Positions 19,574 through 28,622 of a stretch of 64,000 bases of DNA are shown in pieces. The DNA is from Phormidesmis sp. (GTDB taxonomy: Bacteria; Cyanobacteriota; Cyanobacteriia; Leptolyngbyales; Leptolyngbyaceae). The translations under genes and the position numbers were made by a program. Position 1 is the first letter of the stretch; every line of letters begins with the position of its first letter. Under the pieces are notes generated by a model. That model did not search any database and had not been told where the DNA came from. It saw only the letters and a program-made list of their open reading frames with translations. The stretch spans positions 2,144,001 to 2,208,000 of the forward strand of contig CBDFJR010000002.1 in the NCBI GenBank assembly GCA_965248535.1. Reading direction: 5' to 3'.

Positions 19574-21425
19574 ACATGGAAGCTAATTTTTGAGTAGTTG
19601 AAAGCAAAGCAGGCTTTTTCTGTGCAAGTGCTTCTAGGTCATCAATGACTCTGCTTTGCTCAGTTTTTTGATTGCCTAAGTATTGCTTAATCCTAATATA
19701 TGTTTGCTTCGCATCCTCTGTTTTTGCTGCTTGTAGTTGAGTCAAGCCAAGTAACCGCAGTGCGTTAATTTCTCTTGGGTTTTGCCTCAGAAACTGTTGG
19801 AGATCTAGGATCGCTTTCTGCATCTTCCCTTGCTTTAGATACATCCTTGCTCGATTGAATATGGCAATTTGTGCCGTACCAGTTTGTGTGGTTAACCGTT
19901 TTTCTATTGAATTATTGGTCACTTTATTAAAGGCTTGTTCTGCCTCGTTTAGTTGACCCAAAGCTGTGTAAAGTAAACCTTGGTCGTTCAGCGCTTCATA
20001 ATTAGTTTCGTTCTTCTCAATTGCTTTCTGATAAGCGCTGATAGCAATTTCACACTTCTCAGGATTTGGGCAGTTTGCTTGGTCGCGGACTGGAACATAC
20101 AACTTTCCTAACTCGTAGTAGGCAGTGGAAACCTTTTCTTTCGTAATCGAGTTATGCAAGTCTAGCTTCCTCAGCTCTATTTGACCCAAGACACTTTGTA
20201 AGATATTGATAGCATCCTGTGGGCGTTTCTCTGCTTTGTAAATGCTACTCAACTTGAAAGCAGCCATGACAGGAACAAGATCTGCCCAATCTTTTGTTTG
20301 AACCTCGAAGTCTACAGATTTATCGGTTGGGCTAGGGAGCTTACTAAGTGGAAGGGTTTTGACTTTGACAGAGGTGACATAGACATTTAAACTTGTTCCT
20401 GCTCTACGTCCCCAGATGATAACAGATGCATTCAACCGTGCGCTCTCTTCTTCGGCTTTGTCGAGTTGAGCAATCGGATCACTGATGTAACAAACTTTAA
20501 CATTAGGTAAAGATAGCGCCTTGAAACGTTCGCTAATATTCTCTTTTAATTGAGGATTGGTTGGATTACTGCTTGATTCGTTACTAAATTGAGCGAGGCC
20601 GATCGCTTTCTCCTGATTTTTCTCAGCCTCTCTAAAACACGCCGATTCACCCAACCCCAGTTGATCGCGAACTTGGGGAATTGATAGAGCGATCGCACCC
20701 AGTCCAAACACTCCTAATAGACTTGCCAGCACCCAAGCACGGAAACGATTAGACTTTTGACCAGATAACGCTAGAGGCGGAATTGTCCACTCAGCCAGAG
20801 CCGTCCAGGTGGTCGCAATCACCCGTGTAGGAATAATGAAGGCAATTTTGGCATCTGCACGGTTGAGATCAGCCGCCACCGCCATACCTACCACACCGCC
20901 AAGTTGCTCATCCCACACAGGCGCACCGCTATAGCCTGACTCTAATCGCCCCCCTGTTGATTTGACATCCTCAACTTGCACCCACCCTGTTCCTTGCCGT
21001 CCGCGCAAGATGCCTGTAGACCACAGCCCATCATCATGACCTACCGGAAACCCAAATGTCTGAAAAGGATGATTCCATAGATCTTCTTCTAGCAGAAGAC
21101 GCACAGGTTTTGCAGAAGCAGGTAAAGGGTCGTTAAGTTCCAGAACAGCAATATCTTCGTGACCTTGAGTAGAATTACCCCTGTCGGGAATGGGTCGCCA
21201 AAAAACGACCAGTGCTGTTAGTCGCACATCAGGAGCAACGAGGGGGAAGTCGAGAAAAATAGGTGCAGAAGGTCTTTGAGGCGCAGATTCTGAGATGCCC
21301 AAGGCTTGAGCGATGACGTGGGCACAGGTCAACACATACTTCTCATGAATGAGAAACCCTGCTCCAACAATTGCGCCAGTTGGTTTACGAATTCGGACGA
21401 TCGCGGCTTCAACAGATGCACTCAT
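19566..21425 (-). CDS. trypsin-like protease - TM - TPR protein
   Basis: GAGFLI, LTCAHVI (His), EDIAVLEL (Asp), SGYSGAPVW (Ser); TM WVLASLLGVFGLGAIALSI; C-terminal TPRs (AYYELG, ALNDQG, AIFNRA). Confidence 0.85.
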   Translation of the reverse strand: MSASVEAAIVRIRKPTGAIVGAGFLIHEKYVLTCAHVIAQALGISESAPQRPSAPIFLDFPLVAPDVRLTALVVFWRPIPDRGNSTQGHEDIAVLELNDPLPASAKPVRLLLEEDLWNHPFQTFGFPVGHDDGLWSTGILRGRQGTGWVQVEDVKSTGGRLESGYSGAPVWDEQLGGVVGMAVAADLNRADAKIAFIIPTRVIATTWTALAEWTIPPLALSGQKSNRFRAWVLASLLGVFGLGAIALSIPQVRDQLGLGESACFREAEKNQEKAIGLAQFSNESSSNPTNPQLKENISERFKALSLPNVKVCYISDPIAQLDKAEEESARLNASVIIWGRRAGTSLNVYVTSVKVKTLPLSKLPSPTDKSVDFEVQTKDWADLVPVMAAFKLSSIYKAEKRPQDAINILQSVLGQIELRKLDLHNSITKEKVSTAYYELGKLYVPVRDQANCPNPEKCEIAISAYQKAIEKNETNYEALNDQGLLYTALGQLNEAEQAFNKVTNNSIEKRLTTQTGTAQIAIFNRARMYLKQGKMQKAILDLQQFLRQNPREINALRLLGLTQLQAAKTEDAKQTYIRIKQYLGNQKTEQSRVIDDLEALAQKKPALLSTTQKLASMFK

Positions 21426-21428
21426 TGA

Positions 21429-21758
21429 TTATGGGTGACGATTCCATTTCAAAGTGATTTCATAGTTTCCTTCAACACTGGCTGAGGCAATAATCGCGCC
21501 TGCTGCTGCGCTCATTTTCAGTCCAAACTTGACTTGAACTTCATCAGCAGGTTGGTTTAAGTTGCGAAGCTTGTTGATCAGGGTACTCGCGATCGGTCTG
21601 ATCCCGTCTAGTGCCATTTCAAAGGTCTGCTGTGACTTTTGCAAAAGCTCATCTTCTCGACCAATGCGGCGCATATTATCGGTTGCTTCTGACTCAGAAA
21701 CTTCCACTAAAACAGAGCCACCCCCTTCTAAAGGAAATTCTACTAAGTGCTTTGCCAT
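21429..21758 (-). CDS. Trypco1 (trypsin co-occurring domain 1; CU044_2847 family) protein
   Basis: MAKHLVEFPLEGGGSVLVEV...TFEMALDGIRP...ADEVQVKFGLKMSAAAGAIIASASVEGNYEITLKW; 3 bp upstream of the trypsin gene; ATG at 21758. Confidence 0.85.
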   Translation of the reverse strand: MAKHLVEFPLEGGGSVLVEVSESEATDNMRRIGREDELLQKSQQTFEMALDGIRPIASTLINKLRNLNQPADEVQVKFGLKMSAAAGAIIASASVEGNYEITLKWNRHP

Positions 21759-22018
21759 GAAATGCCTTGCTGCTAGGGGACAAAAGTATGGAACGGTAAA
21801 AACGCAAAATGCGCTGATTACCTTAACGGGGTCGTTCTTCAATGAAGCGTGTGAATTTTGACTATGAGTATTTTGCCTTACGCAAAATGGCAGGCCGCTT
21901 TTTCCACTGAATATTTAATCTTTCTATCAAGGTCTCATAGGCTCTGCGAGAGGTGAAACTTTAACACTGTGAAGTAGCCTGTAAGCCAATGATAGAGGGT
22001 AAATGGCAGATTTTCCAT

Positions 22019-22867
22019 CTAAGCAATGTTAGCGTTCGGGGATTCTGAAAATCCGCCTAGGTCGTTATCTCGGTTTAACCAACCCACCAAAAAAACCTCC
22101 TGACTGGGGTTAGTGTCTACTCGTTGATTGCGATAATCGATGCGACCCTGGACAATTTTTTGAGCCGTTTGAGCCGTGTTATTCGCCAAAAGCGCGGTTT
22201 GAGTGCCGGGGCCAAAAATGCCATCGGCGCTGATGCCCAATGCTTCTTGAAGAAACTCGATCGCGCCTCCCACCCCAAAGTTAACCGCCGTATCGAAATG
22301 CACGATCGCTAACGGCAACACCATCAGCGCCGCTTGTGAGGGCTGCCAATACATTGAGAAATAGATATCGTGGACTTCGACATCGGTAATCAACTCTACC
22401 CCTTGAGTGGGTAATTGATTGTTGATGCGATAAGTGTTGTAGGTATCTTGGGTCACGCCCTTGTTAGTTGCCCCACCGGGATCATCGGGATTGTTCACAT
22501 AGCCGCCTTCCCACAGCAAGGTAAATTTAAGGGCAGTCGTGAGGGCATCAGGAGTGGGCTGTTTTTTGGCTTCTAGGGTCGGGGTTGTCAGCATCACAGG
22601 CGGACGCATCTCGATCAGCTTGCGGGCAAAGGTGGCTCCAAACACGCCCGTGCTGGAGTTGTTGAGGTGAACGGCTTTGCAGAAACGATCGAGGGCATCC
22701 TTGGTGGCTGCGCCAAATACGCCATCGATGGCGGTGCTGATGTCGGTTCCTTGCATAAACCCGATCGCGCTCAGACGAGTTTGCAGATCGGTGATGAGTT
22801 CTTTATCGCTGGTCAGTTTAGCGAGATTGACAACGGCATTGTGTTCGACTAAATCTTTTAGATGCAT
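22019..22867 (-). CDS. glycoside hydrolase family 108 muramidase with peptidoglycan-binding domains
   Basis: EGGYVNNPDDPGGATNKGVT, HFDTAVNFG, LQEALGISADGIFGPGT, FLVGWLNR; N-terminal PG-binding LQTRL...IDGVFGAAT. Confidence 0.88.
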   Translation of the reverse strand: MHLKDLVEHNAVVNLAKLTSDKELITDLQTRLSAIGFMQGTDISTAIDGVFGAATKDALDRFCKAVHLNNSSTGVFGATFARKLIEMRPPVMLTTPTLEAKKQPTPDALTTALKFTLLWEGGYVNNPDDPGGATNKGVTQDTYNTYRINNQLPTQGVELITDVEVHDIYFSMYWQPSQAALMVLPLAIVHFDTAVNFGVGGAIEFLQEALGISADGIFGPGTQTALLANNTAQTAQKIVQGRIDYRNQRVDTNPSQEVFLVGWLNRDNDLGGFSESPNANIA

Positions 22868-23037
22868 GGCTTAACCCTCAAACTTATGCGTATCTTGCCC
22901 CATAGCAGAAAGAGGGATTGATTTTTTGTCTAAAATTTAATATTTAATCACTAAAACCCAGTTTTTCTATCAGAGGTGAGACTGTAGAACGGGCTAAGTG
23001 ACGGTAATCTATCGTTGGAGCGACTAGAGATTTACTT

Positions 23038-24486
23038 ATGCAAATTCAAACACCAGACTGGGTTAAGCACGCGGTTTTTTATCAGATCTTCCCCGATCGC
23101 TTTGCCAAAAGTCAGACCTCACGCAAGCGGCTGCACCACCACGATCGCTGGGAAGATTGGCACACGATGCCAACGCTGCAAGGCTATAAGGGAGGGGATC
23201 TGTGGGGCGTAACCGAAAAGCTCGACTACATTCAAGATCTAGGCATCAATGCCATTTATTTCACGCCCATTTTTCAATCAGCTAGCAATCATCGCTACCA
23301 TACTCACGATTATTATCAAGTCGATCCCATGCTGGGCGGCAATGCGGCCTTTCATGAGTTTTTAGACGAGTCTCATCGTCGTGATATCAAAGTCGTTTTA
23401 GATGGTGTGTTTAATCATTCCAGTCGCGGTTTTTTCTTTTTTCATGATGTGTTAGAAAACGGCCCGCATTCGCCTTGGGTAGACTGGTTTAAAGTGTATA
23501 ACTGGCCCGTTAACGCTTATAACGGCGACTATCCTGCAAACTATGAGGGGTGGGACAATAACCGCGCACTGCCTGTGTTTAATCACGACAATCCTGAAGT
23601 GCGCGAATACATCATGGAGATTGCTGAACACTGGATTAAACTTGGCGTAGATGGCTGGCGGTTAGATGTGCCTTTTGAGATTAAAACCCCTGGCTTTTGG
23701 CAAGAATTTCGCGATCGTGTCAAAGCCGTCAATCCCGAAGCCTACATCGTGGGTGAAGTGTGGGGCGATTCTCGCCAATGGTTGGATGGCACACAGTTTG
23801 ATGGCGTGATGAATTATTTGTTTACTGGCCCTACGATCGCGTTTGTGGCGGGCGATCGGGTCGATTTAGCTCAAGTCCAAGGTCGCGACTATCAGCCCTA
23901 TCCCCCTCTATTTGCGGCGGAGTATGCTGAAAAAATTCAGGCTCTTTTAGGGCTGTATGATTGGCAGATTCAACTCACTCAACTGAATCTGTTAGCCAGT
24001 CACGATACGGCTCGTTTGTTGTCGATTGCGGGTAGCGATCGCCCCAGTGTTGAGCTTGCGACACTACTATTGTTAACTTTTCCGGGTGCGCCCAGCATTT
24101 ATTATGGTGATGAAGTTGGGTTGCCTGGTGCTCTCGATCCTGATTCTCGGCGCGGCTTCCCGCTTGAGGTCGATTGGGACTACAAAATCTTTGAGTGTCA
24201 CCGTCAACTGATTGCGCTGCGTCATGCTCATCCTGCTTTGCGATCGGGCGATTATAACGTTATCCACGCAGAGGGAACGGTGTATGTGTTTGCGCGCAGT
24301 CTAGGGGACGAGAAGCTAACGATCGCCATCAATGCAGGCACAACTCCGGCAAAAATCACGCTCAATCTATCAGATGGTCTAACCCATCAAAGCAAGCTGC
24401 TGTATGGCTCGGCTAACATTCAAGAGGTGGACAATGCTTATCTAGAACTCTATCTGCCGGAGCGATCGGGCTGTGTTTTAGGCTAA
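23038..24486 (+). CDS. GH13 alpha-amylase family glycosidase (neopullulanase-like)
   Basis: PDWVKHAVFYQIFPDRF, SNHRYHTHDY, DGVFNH, GWRLDV, GEVW, ASHDT, IYYGDEVG. Confidence 0.92.
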   Translation: MQIQTPDWVKHAVFYQIFPDRFAKSQTSRKRLHHHDRWEDWHTMPTLQGYKGGDLWGVTEKLDYIQDLGINAIYFTPIFQSASNHRYHTHDYYQVDPMLGGNAAFHEFLDESHRRDIKVVLDGVFNHSSRGFFFFHDVLENGPHSPWVDWFKVYNWPVNAYNGDYPANYEGWDNNRALPVFNHDNPEVREYIMEIAEHWIKLGVDGWRLDVPFEIKTPGFWQEFRDRVKAVNPEAYIVGEVWGDSRQWLDGTQFDGVMNYLFTGPTIAFVAGDRVDLAQVQGRDYQPYPPLFAAEYAEKIQALLGLYDWQIQLTQLNLLASHDTARLLSIAGSDRPSVELATLLLLTFPGAPSIYYGDEVGLPGALDPDSRRGFPLEVDWDYKIFECHRQLIALRHAHPALRSGDYNVIHAEGTVYVFARSLGDEKLTIAINAGTTPAKITLNLSDGLTHQSKLLYGSANIQEVDNAYLELYLPERSGCVLG

Positions 24487-24591
24487 TCCGAAGACAGAGG
24501 CGGTTGTGTAGTGTAACCTACAATTTGGGAGAGGATTTTAAGGGTGATGTTGCCTATTGTTATTCCTAAGTTTTAGTTTGGGAGTAATAAT

Positions 24592-24936
24592 ATGACAGAT
24601 ATACAAGCTGGAAGCGGCCCGATCGGAGAGCCTTCTGAGAAGGCAAAGCCTAACCAAGAAGCCGATCGGGAAGCTGCGAAACGAGATGATGTAGACGAGA
24701 AAAACGAGAAGTTGCCCGCTGGGGTGACTGACCAGTTATTAGATGGTTCTGATCAGGTCTTTTTAGCGGCGTTCAAAAACTCTCAAAGCGATGGCTTGAG
24801 CGAGGAAGCGGCGATAAATGTCGCTTGGAACAGCGTTAAGCAGGGTTTTGAGCGCGGTCAAGATGGAAGCTGGCATCGCAAGCAAAAGCCCGGTGACCAA
24901 ACCATTAGTTCGGGCGTTGAGTCTAGCGCTAATTAG
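24592..24936 (+). CDS. ChaB family protein
   Basis: LPAGVTDQL...QVFLAAFKNS...EEAAINVAWNSVKQGFERGQDGSW. Confidence 0.78.
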   Translation: MTDIQAGSGPIGEPSEKAKPNQEADREAAKRDDVDEKNEKLPAGVTDQLLDGSDQVFLAAFKNSQSDGLSEEAAINVAWNSVKQGFERGQDGSWHRKQKPGDQTISSGVESSAN

Positions 24937-24962
24937 TACAACAAGGCGGAATCTCGGCAACC

Positions 24963-24990
24963 GTAGGGTAGGCATCTTGCCTGCTCGTAG
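24963..24990. repeat. GTAG-initiated REP-like hairpin / possible terminator
   Basis: GTAGGGTAGGCATCTTGCCTGCTC stem-loop downstream of the ChaB gene. Confidence 0.45.
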
Positions 24991-25241
24991 TCGAGAAGAC
25001 AGTGCATGTGAGGATAACTAGATTTACGCCACAGGCTCCTAGATTGATGGTTCATAAGTTACTTTCTAGCTCGTCTAACAAAAACATAAGCGTCATCGAA
25101 TAATTAGGTGTGTTGTGTATTCGTTACGGCATACCTATTTTTTTGTGAGTTGACAGGCAAGGTTAGAATAAAGCATTCCCTCACCAAGCAACGCCTAGTT
25201 GCTCTGATGGATATCACTATCAGTTTCAGAAGGAGGATAGC

Positions 25242-25502
25242 GTGACAACCTCTGCACTCAATTGGACTCCCGAACCGCAGCTTTTGCAACAGCTAACGGA
25301 TTTAGCGCAAAAGAGGGGACTCTCCCTTAACGTGTTGATGACAGAAGCGATCGTGGAATATCTAAATGCTCAAAAGTCCCCCGAATCAGTTCCTGAGAGT
25401 GATCCGCTAATCGGTTTATTTTCCGGCTCACCTGAGCTTGCAACGCAATCAGAAGCAATTTTGCAGCAGCAGATTACGCAGTCAGGTTGGACATGGAAGT
25501 AG
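25242..25502 (+). CDS. putative antitoxin (RHH/CopG-like)
   Basis: LLQQLTDLAQKRGLSLNVLMTEAIVEYL; DPLIGLFSG; overlaps the downstream PIN gene. Confidence 0.7.
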   Translation: MTTSALNWTPEPQLLQQLTDLAQKRGLSLNVLMTEAIVEYLNAQKSPESVPESDPLIGLFSGSPELATQSEAILQQQITQSGWTWK

Positions 25503-25906
25503 CGATCGCTGACACAGGCTTTGTGGTTGCCCTGCTGAGTCAGACTGATGATAGACATACTGATGTGGTTCCCATCTACACTCAGCAATCTTCGATTCTG
25601 CTGCCCCAAACCGTTTTGGCTGAAGTTGCCTATTTAGTTGGAAGGGACTCTGGTATTAAGACAGTAGCTGCCTTTCTGCGAGGGCTGAATGTGAGCCGAT
25701 TTTGTTTGACAGCGTTGGTTGAGACAGATGTTGATCGAGTTGCTGATATTTTGCAAACCTACGCTGATAGCCGAATTGACTTTGTAGATGCTAGCGTAAT
25801 GGCGATCGCCGAGCGTTATGGAAGTACCAAAGTTCTCACCCTCGACCAGCGAGATTTTCGCTTGTTTCAACCCAATCACTGTGATAGTTTTGAGATTCTG
25901 CCATAG
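25493..25906 (+). CDS. vapC: PIN domain (VapC) toxin
   Basis: AIADTGFVVAL, VLAEVAY, IDFVDASVMAIAER, VLTLDQRDF. Confidence 0.85.
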   Translation: MEVAIADTGFVVALLSQTDDRHTDVVPIYTQQSSILLPQTVLAEVAYLVGRDSGIKTVAAFLRGLNVSRFCLTALVETDVDRVADILQTYADSRIDFVDASVMAIAERYGSTKVLTLDQRDFRLFQPNHCDSFEILP

Positions 25907-26128
25907 TAGAGCCATATTCAAGCACCTTCTGCGCACTCCTCTTGACTGAATTCGCTGATGGCGGTTCTGAAGGTACCGTTGTCGTTACGGACTGCGAAGT
26001 AGGAGTTAAAATAGAGCGGTGTAGACTTTGATTGCGTGAACCACCCACTACTTTTTCTTTGTTAGAAGACGAATAAATTAAATAACTTATACAACCGAGA
26101 AGACTTGCAAAATTAATTAGGTTTCAAG

Positions 26129-26800
26129 ATGGTTCGTCTTTCTGAAATAGCTGGGGTCATATTAAAACGCTGTCAACAAGTGGATGCAGAATCAAAGGCG
26201 GTTTTGGAAACTCTTATGGTTAGATGCAATACTCTTGTTGAATTACTATCTGAGTTAGTGGAAATAGAGGCTCCCGAATTAAGGGATTTACTGGAACCTG
26301 TCATAGATGAGATATTTGTTGATCTTAATCTGACTCTCACTTTAGCAATGGGAGAACAGTTTAAAGCAAGCCTAGTTCTTGCAAGAACATGTTTCGAGAG
26401 TTCCCTCTATATTTTATTTTTTATTGATCATCCTGTCGAGGCGAGGATGTGGGCCAATTCACAGAAAGACATGTCGTTTTCTTCTACCTTGGAAGAATTA
26501 ACAAGACCATCTTATATTAAAGCTGCTTGCAGATCAGAAAAAATAGATGTCGAGAGACTAAAATCAATATATGTAGATCTTGCGAGGGCATACCGAGAAT
26601 TTAGTGAAAGAGTTCATGGAAAATATAGTTTTTTGCAGACAGTAAAGACAACCCAAGAAAGCGGAAAAGATATACTTAAATCTTTCTCTAATCTATTGAA
26701 TGATGCAATTAAAAGTATTATAAATTTGGCAATCATTCGTCTAAATCGTATTGATTTTATTGAAGAAAAACTACCCAGTCTTGGCAACTACTATGACTAA
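26129..26800 (+). CDS. HEPN-like helical protein (putative nuclease effector)
   Basis: LARTCFESSLY and YREFSERVHG (R-x6-H) pattern in a predicted all-helical protein; AT-rich. Confidence 0.55.
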   Translation: MVRLSEIAGVILKRCQQVDAESKAVLETLMVRCNTLVELLSELVEIEAPELRDLLEPVIDEIFVDLNLTLTLAMGEQFKASLVLARTCFESSLYILFFIDHPVEARMWANSQKDMSFSSTLEELTRPSYIKAACRSEKIDVERLKSIYVDLARAYREFSERVHGKYSFLQTVKTTQESGKDILKSFSNLLNDAIKSIINLAIIRLNRIDFIEEKLPSLGNYYD

Positions 26801-28544
26801 TCAAGAGTCTCAATTAGACATTATTCGTGCAGAAGAGTTCACGAAGGAAGAATTTCTTGAATGTTTTTCGGAAACTTCTCGTGAAAGGGATATCATTGAA
26901 AAAATAAAGGGGCCAGGTGCACACCTTTTAGAAGGGCCTAGAGGTGTAGGTAAATCCAGCCTGATGAGAAAAGCGGAACTCGAATTAGATGAGGCATTTC
27001 AAAGAACTCGTTCTATTGGAGTCTATGTAAACTTTAAAGCCTCTCTCAGAGTCCAGACTGATCACTCAGGACTTGACTTTGATCCATTCTTATGTTGGGT
27101 TGCAGCGAAAGTCTTAGACGCTTTGTATAAGAAATGCAGGCAACTTGGCTCAATACAATCAAACCTAATAACAGAAAAATATCGTCGTTTATTAGCAGTA
27201 GATCAGTCTTGGAACCCAGCCTATTTAGAACGGACAATTCAGGATTTGCAGAGTTTAGCAATAGCATCTACAGATGAAGCAAAACGTAAAATTGAAAACC
27301 GTCTTCTAAGCACTGATTTAGAGCGATTTGCTAATGTAGAATCCGTAGCAGAATTCATTCTTGAGATAGCAAGAGACACATCTCTATCACGTATCATATT
27401 TCTTTTTGACGAAGCTGCTCACACATTTGATGAGCAGCAGCAAAAAATATTCTTTGGCTTCTTCAAACTACTACATGGAAGTATCATTTCAGTTAAGGCA
27501 GCTACTTACCCTGGTATTACTTCCTACGGCGGCAATTTTGAGATCGGTCAAGATGCTGTCCGTCTTAGTATAAATTCGGTTGATGAGCATTTACAATCCA
27601 GCCGTGATGAGCTTCGGAAGCACTTTAGAGATTTGTTAAGAAAGCGCATCCCAAGCTCAGACTTCAAAAAAATGACTCAAAGTGGAGAAGCTTTAGATTT
27701 ATTAATCTGGTTAAGCTATGGCAATCCTAGAGCTTTTCTGCAAGTAATTTCTAAGTGGCTCTCCAATGATAGGCTCTCAAAACAAAATGCACTCATAGCT
27801 TCAAACAACTATGTTGCAAACGAGCTAACTGCTTACCATCTAGGTTTGAAAGAAAGACTGCCCCGATTTTCTTCTCATATCGATCTGGGGATGACACTTA
27901 TAAAAGGGCATCTCGTTCCAGAGATACAAAGAAAAAATGAAGGTAAGGGAGACGATCCGAGAGTTCAAACCATTTACTTCACAATGGAATCGTTAATTCC
28001 TTATAAAGTGCAGCGTGCACTCTCTCTTTTGGAATACTCTGGATTTTTATCTCAGAAAGGTGTGGTCAAAATTAGAGGGCGAAGACAGGCCCCAAGGTAT
28101 GCTTTGAATCTAGGAGTTGCAGCAAGTGAAAAAGTTTTTCATAGTGCCTTTAGTGTAAATCCAGATGAGGCTATAAAAAGGCTAAACATTACTGACTATA
28201 GAGAGTTTTATACTAGCGATCCTCGCTTCCAGTCTCTTGCTGATAGTTATCAGGAGCTAGAAACTTGTCCTAATAAACATCCTCGACAAACTGAGGGTCT
28301 TTTCTGTCCTATTTGTGGGGCAAAATTTGAAGTTAATAGAGTGATTGAAAGGCTTTTAGAAGATTCTATAGATAGAGTAAGCATTACGTCGTTTCTAAAA
28401 CGTAAACTCAAGGATGATTTGAAGATCCAGACTGTTCGTGATGTGCTCGCATTCACCGAATCTGAATTACAGCAGGCACCTCTAATCGGTCCAAAAAGAT
28501 CTCGTACAATAGTGAATGCCGCAGAAGAATATATATCTGGATAA
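26793..28544 (+). CDS. P-loop ATPase (STAND/ORC-CDC6-like) with C-terminal Zn ribbon and HhH/alpha-CTD-like domain
   Basis: Walker A EGPRGVGKS, Walker B IIFLFDE, GNPR; CPNKH...CPICG; SIDRVSI...IQTVRDVLAFTESELQQAPLIGPKRSRTI; ATG at 26793 overlaps the upstream stop. Confidence 0.75.
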   Translation: MTNQESQLDIIRAEEFTKEEFLECFSETSRERDIIEKIKGPGAHLLEGPRGVGKSSLMRKAELELDEAFQRTRSIGVYVNFKASLRVQTDHSGLDFDPFLCWVAAKVLDALYKKCRQLGSIQSNLITEKYRRLLAVDQSWNPAYLERTIQDLQSLAIASTDEAKRKIENRLLSTDLERFANVESVAEFILEIARDTSLSRIIFLFDEAAHTFDEQQQKIFFGFFKLLHGSIISVKAATYPGITSYGGNFEIGQDAVRLSINSVDEHLQSSRDELRKHFRDLLRKRIPSSDFKKMTQSGEALDLLIWLSYGNPRAFLQVISKWLSNDRLSKQNALIASNNYVANELTAYHLGLKERLPRFSSHIDLGMTLIKGHLVPEIQRKNEGKGDDPRVQTIYFTMESLIPYKVQRALSLLEYSGFLSQKGVVKIRGRRQAPRYALNLGVAASEKVFHSAFSVNPDEAIKRLNITDYREFYTSDPRFQSLADSYQELETCPNKHPRQTEGLFCPICGAKFEVNRVIERLLEDSIDRVSITSFLKRKLKDDLKIQTVRDVLAFTESELQQAPLIGPKRSRTIVNAAEEYISG

Positions 28545-28560
28545 CTCACAAATCTTTGAT

Positions 28561-28593
28561 GTAGGTGAATCGGCGCAATTGCGATCCACCCAC
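28561..28593. repeat. imperfect GTAG-initiated palindrome / possible bidirectional terminator
   Basis: GTAGGTGAATCGGCGCAATTGCGATCCACCCAC between convergent genes. Confidence 0.4.
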
Positions 28594-28622
28594 TTTCAAC
28601 AATTCTGGCATCACGCCCGCAA

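Noticed and set aside
22019..22867. prophage remnant
   Set aside because: No holin, structural, integrase or replication genes nearby.
25836..26048. 70-aa minus-strand ORF next to vapC
   Set aside because: No recognisable motif or SD and it overlaps vapC; cannot be supported as a gene.
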